The notes beneath the pieces were generated by a model, which was not told the origin of the DNA, ran no database searches, and saw only the letters and a program-made list of their open reading frames with translations. Both the position numbers and the translations under genes were made by a program. Below are positions 8,775 through 18,098 of a stretch of DNA of 41,852 nt, piece after piece (position 1 is the stretch's first letter; each line of letters opens with the position of its first letter). The stretch lies in assembly GCA_964460265.1 (NCBI GenBank), contig CAYWPV010000001.1:1-41852 (forward strand), read 5' to 3'. Source of the stretch: an uncultured Muribaculaceae bacterium. GTDB lineage: Bacteria; Bacteroidota; Bacteroidia; Bacteroidales; UBA932.

Positions 8775-10292
8775 TCAGTTAAATGACTTGATGTTATTCA
8801 GGTCGGCATTTCCGTTCTCATCGGTAAAGTCATGCCCGAGAGTCTTTTCAAGATTGGATTTGGCGACCATATAGTTGTAGATAGCCTGGGATTTGGACAG
8901 CTGCGCCTGGGTGAGCGTGAGTTGCGCGTCATTCAGATCCGTAAGTGTGCTCTTCCCGACATTGTAGGACTTCTCGGAGATGTCGTACGCCTTCCGGGCA
9001 AGCTCCACGGCGTCGATGGCGGACCAATAGCTCCTGACATCCGTTTCCATGGAGGTAAGATACTGCCTCACAGCTATCTGAAGCTGTCTTTCAGTATTGA
9101 TTCTCTGAAGATCGAGTTCAGCCTGCTGAACCTTTGCCTGACGGACATCATTGAGCCGCTTCCCTCCGGAGAAAATGGGTATGCTCAAGGAGATGCCGGC
9201 ATAGGAATACGGAGTCCATCTGTACTCCGAAAACTTGAAGTCATTGGTCATGGCGTAATAGCTGTACGAATACGTCAGCGCAAGAGTCGGCAGATAGGCG
9301 AATTTCTGCAGCTGCACGGTCTTGGCAAGCTGCGAGGCCTGAATCGCCAGCTGACGGATGGATGTGTTGCCGGAAAGATCGGCCTTTCCGCCTTCCGCCA
9401 TGTCATAACGCATGTCATCCGCATAATCGTCCAATGTTCCCGCCACGTCAATATCCATGTCCAGATCCACCCCCATGACGGCCTTGAGCTGCCACAAGGC
9501 GAGGACTACCTGGCTTTCCGAGTTGTACACGTTCGGGATGGCCGCTGCCACATTGGCCTTGGCCCTCGTGTATTCGAGTTCGGAAGCCTTTCCGACATTG
9601 TATTTCTTCTCCGTCTGTCCGAAATTGTCCACGGCGTTCTCATAGACGCTCTTATAGACATTGAAGGCCTCTCTTGCGAGGAGGACGGCATAGAAAGCCT
9701 GTTTTACCTGAGTGACCATATCCAGACGTGAAGAGCGGGCCTGCTCCACCGCAAGCTCCACGGCATCGCCGGATATGGATATGCTTTTCCAGAGCTGCGC
9801 ATTGACGACAGGCATCGAAGCAGTTATGGCTCCGTTGAATGTATTCCAACGGCCAACCTCGATTCCGCCGCCCGATGACGGTCCCGCAGCGGCACCACCG
9901 TCCGCCCCGGAGCCGTCGCCTGTGCCGGCATCGGTGCCTGCACCGCTTTCATCGCCAGCACCGGAATCGCCCCCGAATGAACTCATGTCAAAGTCCATGT
10001 ACATGACCTGCTTTTTTATGGTTCTCTGGTAGGAGCCCGTAGCGTCCACCTGCGGGAACAGGGACGCATAAGTTCCTCTTCTGGCATATTCACTTCTTTC
10101 GATTTCCTTGTCCGCCACCTTTACCGTCATGTTTTCGCTCAATGCGATCTTGAGGGCGTCTTCCAGCGTAAGGACCGCCGTTCCCGATGAATCGGTGGCC
10201 GGAGCTTCACCGCTCACATACTGCGCCGACGCCCATACGGGGAACAGCGCAGCCAGCACGGCAATAAAGAAAAAACTGATTTTCTTCTTCAT
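8775..10292 (-). CDS. TolC family outer-membrane efflux channel
   Basis: Signal peptide, LTLEDALKIALSEN, two OEP repeats (KYNVGKAS / KSYNVGKST), GISLSIPIFSGG. Confidence 0.92.
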   Translation of the reverse strand: MKKKISFFFIAVLAALFPVWASAQYVSGEAPATDSSGTAVLTLEDALKIALSENMTVKVADKEIERSEYARRGTYASLFPQVDATGSYQRTIKKQVMYMDFDMSSFGGDSGAGDESGAGTDAGTGDGSGADGGAAAGPSSGGGIEVGRWNTFNGAITASMPVVNAQLWKSISISGDAVELAVEQARSSRLDMVTQVKQAFYAVLLAREAFNVYKSVYENAVDNFGQTEKKYNVGKASELEYTRAKANVAAAIPNVYNSESQVVLALWQLKAVMGVDLDMDIDVAGTLDDYADDMRYDMAEGGKADLSGNTSIRQLAIQASQLAKTVQLQKFAYLPTLALTYSYSYYAMTNDFKFSEYRWTPYSYAGISLSIPIFSGGKRLNDVRQAKVQQAELDLQRINTERQLQIAVRQYLTSMETDVRSYWSAIDAVELARKAYDISEKSYNVGKSTLTDLNDAQLTLTQAQLSKSQAIYNYMVAKSNLEKTLGHDFTDENGNADLNNIKSFN

Positions 10293-10954
10293 ACATTCAA
10301 TGTTTCATTATTTTTTTGTTTCATTTCTTCCTCGTCACGGTCAAATTTCCCGGACTGCATGACTTTCCTGACTTCATCCCAGCCCTTCTCCGTAAGTATG
10401 GCATGGAGGTACACGTCCATGAACGCCTTGAACATCACTCTGGCGGGAATCCTTTTTCCTCCATGGATGTACTCGCCTCTCATATAGCCTTCCACCGCCT
10501 CATGCAGCAAAATCAGAACGGTAATCTCACTTTCCACGTCCATGTCATCCCTGAAATAACCCTCGTCGATGCCGCCTTTCACGAATCCCATGATTTTTTC
10601 CTTGGACATGGCACGGACTTTCTTCGTATGCTCGACAAATATGTCGTTATAGTATTTCTTTATATCCATGCCGATGCGTTCCGACAGGATATATGCCCCG
10701 CGGGGCCTGTAACGCGACGCGAAAAGCAGCAGTTCGACAGGATTCATCCCTGCGCTCGCCCTTTCAAAAACTTTCCGAACTTCAGCGATGTGAAGTTCCA
10801 CCATCTGCCCCACCAGAGCTTCCTTGCTCACATAATACTGATAGAACGTTTTCTTGGATATCCCGAGAGCGTGGCATATCTCATCGATATTCACATCTCT
10901 GACGCCTCTTTTGCCGAAAAGAGACCTTGCGACTCTTAGAATTTTCTTTTCCAT
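10289..10954 (-). CDS. TetR/AcrR family transcriptional regulator
   Basis: N-terminal HTH (IDEICHALGISKKTFYQYYVSKEAL); ATGA overlap with the TolC start. Confidence 0.9.
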   Translation of the reverse strand: MEKKILRVARSLFGKRGVRDVNIDEICHALGISKKTFYQYYVSKEALVGQMVELHIAEVRKVFERASAGMNPVELLLFASRYRPRGAYILSERIGMDIKKYYNDIFVEHTKKVRAMSKEKIMGFVKGGIDEGYFRDDMDVESEITVLILLHEAVEGYMRGEYIHGGKRIPARVMFKAFMDVYLHAILTEKGWDEVRKVMQSGKFDRDEEEMKQKNNETLNV

Positions 10955-11119
10955 TCAATCTTACGTTACCTTACGGAAGCAGCTTTCCTGATTCCGAAAA
11001 GCCCGCATTCGCTGTGCGAAGATAATGCCAAAGCCCCGCAAAAACAATGAAAAAAAGAATAATTCTTTATGAATTAAATTGCTATGTTCTTCATAATTTA
11101 ATTATACTCAACTATTTAA

Positions 11120-11162
11120 AACAAAAAACCAGGAAACTGGGAAAATTTCCAAGTTTCCTGGT
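11120..11162 (-). terminator. 35-bp near-perfect palindrome: lgt terminator and/or TetR operator
   Basis: ACCAGGAAACT-G-GGAAA-A-TTTCC-A-AGTTTCCTGGT (11128-11162), followed on the minus strand by a T-rich run. Confidence 0.6.
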
Positions 11163-11232
11163 AATGAAGCTGATGTTTTTCAGCCCGGTGAAAAAAAACA
11201 ATGCGGGCGGCAACGACAAAGTCCTGAACGGA

Positions 11233-12126
11233 TCAGGCCTTTCTGCGTCCTGACACGTCAGGAGCGCTCCTGAGGACTGCCGCCGATGCGGGTATCTTTT
11301 TAACGTGGGCGTAGACCATGAAAGCGATGCCGAGCAGAATGAAGGGTATGCTGAGCAGCTGGCCCATGTTCAGAGTCATGCTCTCCTCGAAAGCTACCTG
11401 GTCATTTTTGATGAACTCTATCAGAAAACGCATCCCGAAACAGCCCGTAAGGAAGAAACCGACATAAAACCCGCGATACGTCCTGTCGAGCCTGTACTTG
11501 TATATAAGGATAAGTATCACACCCAGAATAAGGTATGTGAATGCCTCGTAAAGCTGCGTGGGATGGTGCGGGAGCCTCTCGGGATCTGCCGGATCGGAGG
11601 GATCTATGTTTCTTTCGAAGATGAACCCCCACGGCAGATCGGTAACTCTCCCGTAGATTTCGGAATTGAAGAGATTTCCTATCCTTATGAAGAATGCGGC
11701 GAAGGCTACAGCTATCGCCAGATGGTCTATCAGCCAGAGAAAGTCGAAATTGTTCTTCCGTCCGTAGTGACGCGCGAACCACCACATGCCTATGAAAAGC
11801 GCTATAGTTCCTCCATGGCTGGCAAGACCGCCTTTCCACGGCATGAATATCTCCTTGAAGCCTTCCCAGCTCCCGAGATAGTAATCGGGCTGATAAAACA
11901 GGCAATGTCCGAGCCTCGCGCCCACTATCGTGCAGATCAGCAAGGTAAAAAGAAGGGGATCAAGGAGCTGTTCCCTGATTCCTTCCCTTTTGAAGAACCA
12001 CTTGAAAATGTACCAGCCGAGAATGAAACCGCTGACAAAAAGCAGCGAATACCACCTTACCGAAAGACTTCCAATATGGAAAAGTACGGGATCGACATTC
12101 CAATGTATAGCCAGCAGCTCAAACAT
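11233..12126 (-). CDS. lgt: Prolipoprotein diacylglyceryl transferase
   Basis: VRWYSL, GARLGH, GGLASHGG, RIGNLFNSEIYG, HPTQLYE, RFLIEF. Confidence 0.95.
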   Translation of the reverse strand: MFELLAIHWNVDPVLFHIGSLSVRWYSLLFVSGFILGWYIFKWFFKREGIREQLLDPLLFTLLICTIVGARLGHCLFYQPDYYLGSWEGFKEIFMPWKGGLASHGGTIALFIGMWWFARHYGRKNNFDFLWLIDHLAIAVAFAAFFIRIGNLFNSEIYGRVTDLPWGFIFERNIDPSDPADPERLPHHPTQLYEAFTYLILGVILILIYKYRLDRTYRGFYVGFFLTGCFGMRFLIEFIKNDQVAFEESMTLNMGQLLSIPFILLGIAFMVYAHVKKIPASAAVLRSAPDVSGRRKA

Positions 12127-12153
12127 ATTCTCAACCGTATGAAAACAGTGATT

Positions 12154-12185
12154 AAAAAAGAATGGCAGGCATCAGCCTGCCATTC
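12154..12185 (-). terminator. Intrinsic terminator after pgk
   Basis: GAATGGCAGGC-TGAT-GCCTGCCATTC perfect 11-bp stem followed by TTTTTT on the minus strand. Confidence 0.85.
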
Positions 12186-12192
12186 GGGAAAA

Positions 12193-13446
12193 TTATTCTT
12201 CGATGGCAGCTATGCCCGGAAGTGTCTTGCCTTCAATGGCCTCCAACATGGCACCGCCTCCCGTGGAAACGTAGCTTACCTTGTCGGCATAACCCATCTG
12301 GGTCACTGCGGCCACCGAGTCGCCTCCGCCTACAAGCGTATAGGCTCCTTTCTTGGTCGCGTCGGCAAGGTCTTCGGCTATGGCAAGCGTTCCCTTCGCG
12401 AAGTTGGGCAACTCGAACACTCCTACAGGGCCGTTCCACAGCACCGTCTTGGAGTCGAGGATTATCTTTCTCCAGTTTTCAAGGGATTCGGGAGATGCAT
12501 CCATTCCTTCCCATCCGTCAGGAATGTCATCGATAGGATATATCTTCCTGGGAGCATCATTGTTGAATTCCTGTGCACACACGGTCGCGACGGAAAGGCA
12601 GAGATTCACGCCTTTTTCCTTGGCTTCCTTCATTATTTCCTTTGCATCGGGGATGAGTTCGTCTTCATGGAGAGAGTTTCCGATGCGTCCGCCCTGAGCC
12701 TTGATGAAGGTATAGCCCATGCCGCCGCCGATTATGAGGTTGTCCACCTTGCCGAGAAGGTTTTTGAGCACAGCAAGCTTTGAAGATACCTTGGAACCTC
12801 CGATAATGGCGGTGAAAGGACGCTTCGCATTCTTGAGAACGTTGTCTATGGCCTTGATCTCGGCCTCCATGAGATAGCCGAACATCTTGTCGTCAGGGAA
12901 ATAGGCCGCTATGAGCGCAGTGGAAGCATGGGCACGGTGAGCTGTGCCGAAAGCATCGTTGATATAGCAGTCCGCGTAGGAAGCGAGTTTCTTCACGAAA
13001 TCTTTCTGACTCGCCTTGACAGCCGCCTTGGCCGCTGCCTTCTCTTCATCCGTGGCATCCTCCGCCAGTCCTCTCGGTTTTCCCTCTTCTTCAGCATAGA
13101 AACGGAGGTTTTCGAGGAGAAGGGCCTCTCCAGGTTTGAGGGCCGCCACCTGAGCATCCGCCTTCATGCAGTCGTCGGCAAACTTCACATCCACTCCCAG
13201 ACATTCGGACACACGGCCTACAATGTGCTTGAGGGAGAATTTAGGATCGACTTTCTTGGGACGGCCAAGATGTGACATTATGATGAGCGCTCCGCCTTCT
13301 GAAAGTACTTTCTTGAGCGTGGGCATCGCCCTGCGTATGCGGGTGTCATCCGTGATCTTGAAGTTTTCGTCAAGAGGAACATTAAAATCGACTCTCACAA
13401 TGGCTTTTTTGCCTTTGAAGTCATAGCTGTCAATGTGCTGTTGCAT
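12193..13446 (-). CDS. pgk: Phosphoglycerate kinase
   Basis: [44 protein letters not shown]. Confidence 0.98.
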   Translation of the reverse strand: MQQHIDSYDFKGKKAIVRVDFNVPLDENFKITDDTRIRRAMPTLKKVLSEGGALIIMSHLGRPKKVDPKFSLKHIVGRVSECLGVDVKFADDCMKADAQVAALKPGEALLLENLRFYAEEEGKPRGLAEDATDEEKAAAKAAVKASQKDFVKKLASYADCYINDAFGTAHRAHASTALIAAYFPDDKMFGYLMEAEIKAIDNVLKNAKRPFTAIIGGSKVSSKLAVLKNLLGKVDNLIIGGGMGYTFIKAQGGRIGNSLHEDELIPDAKEIMKEAKEKGVNLCLSVATVCAQEFNNDAPRKIYPIDDIPDGWEGMDASPESLENWRKIILDSKTVLWNGPVGVFELPNFAKGTLAIAEDLADATKKGAYTLVGGGDSVAAVTQMGYADKVSYVSTGGGAMLEAIEGKTLPGIAAIEE

Positions 13447-13486
13447 ACTACTATAATTATTATACCGTTAAGTTCTGTCTCAACTG

Positions 13487-13494
13487 CAAATTTA
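13487..13494 (-). promoter_or_regulatory. Sigma-A -7 element (TAAATTTG) for pgk
   Basis: Matches TAnnTTTG about 40 nt upstream of the ATG. Confidence 0.65.
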
Positions 13495-13611
13495 GCGTTT
13501 TTTAAGGAATATCTTCAAATATGGCATCTTATGTTGCTCTTGTCCGACCATAATCTTCAGGCTTCAGCCGCCGGCGCAAGAAACACAGGATGCAAAACGG
13601 AATCTTCTTGC

Positions 13612-13619
13612 TAACTTTG
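13612..13619 (+). promoter_or_regulatory. Sigma-A -7 element (TAACTTTG) for the methyltransferase gene
   Basis: Matches TAnnTTTG about 20 nt upstream of the ATG at 13639. Confidence 0.65.
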
Positions 13620-13638
13620 CCGCAAATACTATGACATC

Positions 13639-14559
13639 ATGGCAGTGGAATTCCCCAAAGATTGGAAAGATTACGAACTCGTGGACTGCGGAGCTTTCGA
13701 AAAGCTGGAAAGGTTCGGCAGCTACTATCTGGCACGTCCCGAGCCCAAGGCGCTATGGGACAAAAGCATGAAGGATTCCGAATGGAACAGGCTGACACAC
13801 ACCAGATTCAGCCCCGGAGCCGGATTCGGCAGAGCAGGAAAAGAGGACAGCGGGACATGGGAAAGGCTTAAAAACATGAACGACCGCTGGTTCATAAGGT
13901 ATTCCGACCCTACGTTCTCACTGCGGCTGGGACTGACTTCCTTCAAGCACGTGGGAGTATTCCCCGAACAGGCCGCAAATTGGGACTACATATACAGGAA
14001 CACCGGGGAGATTGCAGAAAAGATGAAGGCCGAGGGAAGACCTGCCCCGAAAGTGCTGAACCTGTTCGCATACACCGGAGCGGCATCACTCGCCGCCAAA
14101 GCGGCAGGAGCTGACGTGACACACCTCGATTCGGTCCGGCAGGTGGTAACCTGGGCACGGGAAAACATGGAGAACAGCCGGATGGACGGAATCCGATGGG
14201 TAGTGGAAGATGCGATGAAGTTCGCGAACAGGGAACTCAGACGCGGCAACTGCTACCAGGGAATAATCCTCGACCCTCCCGCATACGGGCACGGGCCGGA
14301 CGGAGAAAAATGGAAACTCGACGAATGTCTGTTCAACATGATGAAAACCGTCGGCGGGATTCTCGCCCCCAAGGACAGTTTCATGGTGCTGAACCTCTAT
14401 TCCAACGGATACTCCGCAGCCTTGGGTGAAACGGTCGTGAAGGAGGCGCTGAAACTGAAAGGCGGTGAAGGGACGGTGATGGAGAGCGGCGAACTGGCCC
14501 TGAGGGACCGCTTCGGAAAAGTTCTCCCGCTCAGCATCTTCATCCGTCTGAGAAGATAG
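13639..14559 (+). CDS. Class I SAM-dependent methyltransferase (RlmI/COG1092-like)
   Basis: KLERFG, HVGVFPEQ, VLNLFAYTG, IILDPPAYG. Confidence 0.85.
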   Translation: MAVEFPKDWKDYELVDCGAFEKLERFGSYYLARPEPKALWDKSMKDSEWNRLTHTRFSPGAGFGRAGKEDSGTWERLKNMNDRWFIRYSDPTFSLRLGLTSFKHVGVFPEQAANWDYIYRNTGEIAEKMKAEGRPAPKVLNLFAYTGAASLAAKAAGADVTHLDSVRQVVTWARENMENSRMDGIRWVVEDAMKFANRELRRGNCYQGIILDPPAYGHGPDGEKWKLDECLFNMMKTVGGILAPKDSFMVLNLYSNGYSAALGETVVKEALKLKGGEGTVMESGELALRDRFGKVLPLSIFIRLRR

Positions 14560-14573
14560 CCTCCCGGAAACCG

Positions 14574-17500
14574 CTATGCCGGAGCCTCTTCCGTAGTTCC
14601 TCCATAGGCATCGACCATGGAGGAGAGTGCCTTGGTGAGACTTTCACCGAGCTCCTTATCCCCATAAGCCTTCAGCACATCCGAAAGGTAATACAGACAG
14701 TTCACGCAAAGCTCCACGTTGCTCTGGGCATAGTCGTAGAACTGCAGGTAGAAGTTTATGGTGACAAGGAGCTCCGATGAATAGTCCTCCGCGAGAGCCA
14801 TGCCCTTCTCCGCCGCTCCGAGCTTGTAATAGTCCTCTATCATGTTGAGGACAATCACATCGTTGTGATAGAAGCCGAGGCAGATGGACTCCAGAGGAAA
14901 ATTCTCCCTGGGCACGTCATCGACAGCCTTGTCCAGCATGGCCAGCGCCTCGTCATTCCTGCCGGCCTTTATGAGAGCATCGGCGGTATTAAGGAAAATC
15001 TCGCGCTGAGGAACCACGCCCAGGAACGTGTACATGTTCTGATAGTCCACATAGTAATCCCGGCGTTTCAGGGCATCCCATGAATAGACATCATTGACGA
15101 GGTGCACAAGACCGTCCAGATCCACGACATCTCCTATGCCTGTCTGGGAGCTTACGGTATTCTTGAGGGGAATGAATTTGCTGGAGAAGCCTTCATACAT
15201 GAGGTACTCCTTGATACCTATGTTCAAATCACCGCCCTGGCTGAGCATGTTTATGGGACGGTCCCACCGGTATCCGTCGAGTATGTCCAGCATAAACAGC
15301 TCGCCTTTCGACAGGTAATTCTTGCCATCGGGAATCCTGAGCACAATCTGATCGGGGATGGAATCCGCATATTCCTCCGGAAGGATACCGTATTTCAGCA
15401 CATTCTCCTTGTCCACAGGAATGCTGAATCTGCGGGACATGATATAGTCGACCTTGCTGCCGTCCTCCAGAGCGACTTTCGCCTTCGGATGGCGGAACAC
15501 CTCCATGACTGTGGAAAGAGGAACTATCGTGTCCAGCCTGTCCACAATCCTCACCACGTCATTTGTCCCGCTCAAGTACTGCGAATCGGGAACTTTCAGG
15601 TCGAGAGGCTTGGAATCATTGACAGCATAGCGCATCTGGTGGATATACCAGTCAGTGCCGAGAAGAGACGTGTTGACAACCCTGACATCGGTGCGTATGC
15701 CTTCTACTTCCTGGGCATACCACAAGGGAAAAGTATCATTGTCCCCATGAGTGATGAGCATTCCCTGCTTCCCTACGCCGCTCAGATAATTGGAAGCCAT
15801 TTCCACAGCGGTCCTGCGGTGGCTTCTGTCATGGTCATCCCAGTTCTGGCATGCCATGAGAAGAGGTACGCACAGGAAAAGCGCGGTGACGGCCCCTGCG
15901 GCCACAGTCCCGTTCCGGCCTTTGAGAGCCGTAACGAGCCATTCATAGACCGCGGCAACGGAGAGTCCTATCCAGATCGTAAACGCATAGAACGACCCTG
16001 CGTAGGCATAATCCCTCTCCCTTACCTGGAAAGGAGGCTGGTTGAGGTAGATCACTATGGCTATGCCGGTCATGAAGAACAGCAGGAAGGTGACCCAGCA
16101 TCCGCGCTTGTCCCTGTCGAACTGGAAGAACAGTCCTATGAGACCCAACAGCAGAGGCAGCAGATAATAATGGTTTTTGCCTTTGTTGTGGCTCAGCACC
16201 TCCGGAGCGTCGCTTTGATCTCCGAGCCGGGCTTTGTCAATGAATCCTATGCCGCTTTCCCAGTTGCCGTAGAACAGCTCTCCGGGGTCGGGACTGTGCA
16301 CGTCGTTCTGCCTGCCGGCGAAGTTCCACATGAAATATCTCCAATACATCCAGTTGAGCTGGAAGTCAAAGAAGAACTTGAGATTGGCCCCCATCGTAGG
16401 CTTGCGGTAATCCGCGCCCGGCACCACCGAGCCTTTCCCGTTCATGTATGAAAGGTAGAACTGGACGTACTTGTCATCGGTGCTGGCCCACATCCTGGGG
16501 AAAAGCATCTTTCCTTCCGAGTCATACTTGGCATCCACCGGCCCTTTGACCTTCTTGTACTTGCCGTCGGAAAGCGTCCAGTAATCCACGGTATAGAGTT
16601 CTCCGTAGGGAGCTCCGAAGTACTGTCCGTAAAGCAGAGGTGTGGAACCGTACTGCTCACGTGAAAGATAGCGCACGAGAGAAAAGGCGTTGTCCGGCTG
16701 ATTCTCGTTGGTGGGAGTCATCACGGACGAACGGATGATCACTATGCTGAAAATGGAAAAACCCACGACAATGGAGGTCAGGCACAACGTTGCGGTGGTC
16801 CAGAAGACTTTTCCTTTTCCGTAGAGGTACCACGTGCCCCAGAACCCTGCCACAAGCAGAGCCAGCAGGAAAAATCCGGCGCCGGAATTCACAGGAAGCC
16901 CCAGCGTGTTCACGAAAAAGATGTCGACATAGGCGGCGAGTTTCGGAAGCCCCGGTATGAGAAAGAAATTAAGAAGCCCCAGCAGCACCGCGGAAAGCAG
17001 CAACATGCCCACGCACTGCCAAAAGGTATAGCCTCCGACATCCTTCTTCCGGTAATAGTACAGAAACACGAGAGCCGGGATGGTAAGCAGGTTCAGAAGA
17101 TGCACGCCTATGGACAGTCCCATGAGGAAGGATATCAGCACAATCCACCGGTTGGCATAAGGACTGTCCGCGCTGTCATACCATCTGGTCATAGCCCATA
17201 CTACCATGGCGGTGAAGAGCGAGGACATGGCATAGACCTCTGCTTCGACCGCTGAAAACCAGAACGTGTCGGAGAAACAGTATGCAAGAGCTCCGACGGC
17301 GCCGCTGCCGAACACCGCAACGCTACGGGCCGTATCCATGGACCCGTCGGGAGCGGATTTCACCAGCCTTTTGGCAAAAAAGACTATGGTGAGGTACAGA
17401 AAGAATATGGTCAGAGCGGAACACATGGCGCTCATTACGTTCACGGCAACAGCAGCATGAGCCCCGTCGGTGAACATGGTGAAGAACCTGGCTATAAGCT

Positions 17501-17678
17501 GAAACACAGGGTTTCCCGGGGGATGTCCCACTTCCAGCTTGTACGATGACGCTATGAATTCCCCGCAGTCCCAGAAGGATGCGGTCGGCTCAATCGTGGA
17601 AAGGTAGGTGAAGGCGGATATCACGAAAACCGCACATGCGGTCAGCCTGTTCCAGAAATTATATTTTTTCAAATCCAT
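14574..17678 (-). CDS. DUF2723 multi-pass membrane GT-C fold protein (TMEM260-like)
   Basis: Start reset to MDLKKYNF at 17678, because the longer ORF runs into yciH and a -7 element sits at 17707-17714. Motifs SFWDCGEFI, VGHPPGNP, WFSAVEAEVYA, RERDYAYAGS, GDNDTFPLWY. Confidence 0.85.
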   Translation of the reverse strand: MDLKKYNFWNRLTACAVFVISAFTYLSTIEPTASFWDCGEFIASSYKLEVGHPPGNPVFQLIARFFTMFTDGAHAAVAVNVMSAMCSALTIFFLYLTIVFFAKRLVKSAPDGSMDTARSVAVFGSGAVGALAYCFSDTFWFSAVEAEVYAMSSLFTAMVVWAMTRWYDSADSPYANRWIVLISFLMGLSIGVHLLNLLTIPALVFLYYYRKKDVGGYTFWQCVGMLLLSAVLLGLLNFFLIPGLPKLAAYVDIFFVNTLGLPVNSGAGFFLLALLVAGFWGTWYLYGKGKVFWTTATLCLTSIVVGFSIFSIVIIRSSVMTPTNENQPDNAFSLVRYLSREQYGSTPLLYGQYFGAPYGELYTVDYWTLSDGKYKKVKGPVDAKYDSEGKMLFPRMWASTDDKYVQFYLSYMNGKGSVVPGADYRKPTMGANLKFFFDFQLNWMYWRYFMWNFAGRQNDVHSPDPGELFYGNWESGIGFIDKARLGDQSDAPEVLSHNKGKNHYYLLPLLLGLIGLFFQFDRDKRGCWVTFLLFFMTGIAIVIYLNQPPFQVRERDYAYAGSFYAFTIWIGLSVAAVYEWLVTALKGRNGTVAAGAVTALFLCVPLLMACQNWDDHDRSHRRTAVEMASNYLSGVGKQGMLITHGDNDTFPLWYAQEVEGIRTDVRVVNTSLLGTDWYIHQMRYAVNDSKPLDLKVPDSQYLSGTNDVVRIVDRLDTIVPLSTVMEVFRHPKAKVALEDGSKVDYIMSRRFSIPVDKENVLKYGILPEEYADSIPDQIVLRIPDGKNYLSKGELFMLDILDGYRWDRPINMLSQGGDLNIGIKEYLMYEGFSSKFIPLKNTVSSQTGIGDVVDLDGLVHLVNDVYSWDALKRRDYYVDYQNMYTFLGVVPQREIFLNTADALIKAGRNDEALAMLDKAVDDVPRENFPLESICLGFYHNDVIVLNMIEDYYKLGAAEKGMALAEDYSSELLVTINFYLQFYDYAQSNVELCVNCLYYLSDVLKAYGDKELGESLTKALSSMVDAYGGTTEEAPA

Positions 17679-17706
17679 ATACCTTTTATAATCAACGGCA
17701 ATCAGG

Positions 17707-17734
17707 CAAAGATATACAAGAATCGCTATCTTTG
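17707..17734. promoter_or_regulatory. Back-to-back divergent -7 elements (TATCTTTG on each strand)
   Basis: CAAAGATA at 17707-17714 (minus, for DUF2723) and TATCTTTG at 17727-17734 (plus, for yciH). Confidence 0.65.
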
Positions 17735-17752
17735 CAAAAACACAGCTGGCAA

Positions 17753-18097
17753 ATGGCGGAAAATGACTGGAAAAAAAGGCTCGGCGTAGTATATTCCACA
17801 AACGCTGATTTTCAATTTGAAACGACCGGAAATGCGGAAGCGGAAACCCTGCCTCCCGCCGAACAGAAGCTGACCGTCACGATAGACAGGAGGAACAGAG
17901 GCGGAAAGCAGGTCACCCTCGTGAGCGGATTCACCGGGAAAGACGAAGACCTGAAGGCACTGGGCAAAACCCTGAAAGTGAAATGCGGTGTCGGAGGAAC
18001 CGCCAAAGACGGTGAAATCACCATACAGGGCGATTTGCGGGACAAGGTCACCGCACTGCTGAAGGAGATGGGATACCGGGCAAAAAGAGGCAACTGA
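17753..18097 (+). CDS. yciH: SUI1/YciH translation initiation factor
   Basis: MAENDWKKRLGVVYSTN, RGGKQVTLVSGF, LKVKCGVGGTAKDGEITIQGD; start reset to the ATG at 17753. Confidence 0.9.
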   Translation: MAENDWKKRLGVVYSTNADFQFETTGNAEAETLPPAEQKLTVTIDRRNRGGKQVTLVSGFTGKDEDLKALGKTLKVKCGVGGTAKDGEITIQGDLRDKVTALLKEMGYRAKRGN

Positions 18098-18098
18098 C

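Noticed and set aside
11047-11253. 68-aa plus-strand ORF and an AT-rich inverted repeat in the TetR-lgt spacer
   Set aside because: Atypical composition, spans the terminator/operator palindrome and has no motif; the IR is low-complexity.
13010-13090. Ala/Lys/Glu-rich insertion in Pgk
   Set aside because: A common feature of Bacteroidales Pgk as I recall it; not novel.
17679-17801. N-terminal extensions in the ORF track for DUF2723, yciH, rnpA, yidD, the GH42-like gene, suhB and mgtC
   Set aside because: They overlap neighbouring genes or promoter elements; family-like sequence begins at the downstream ATGs given in the feature list.
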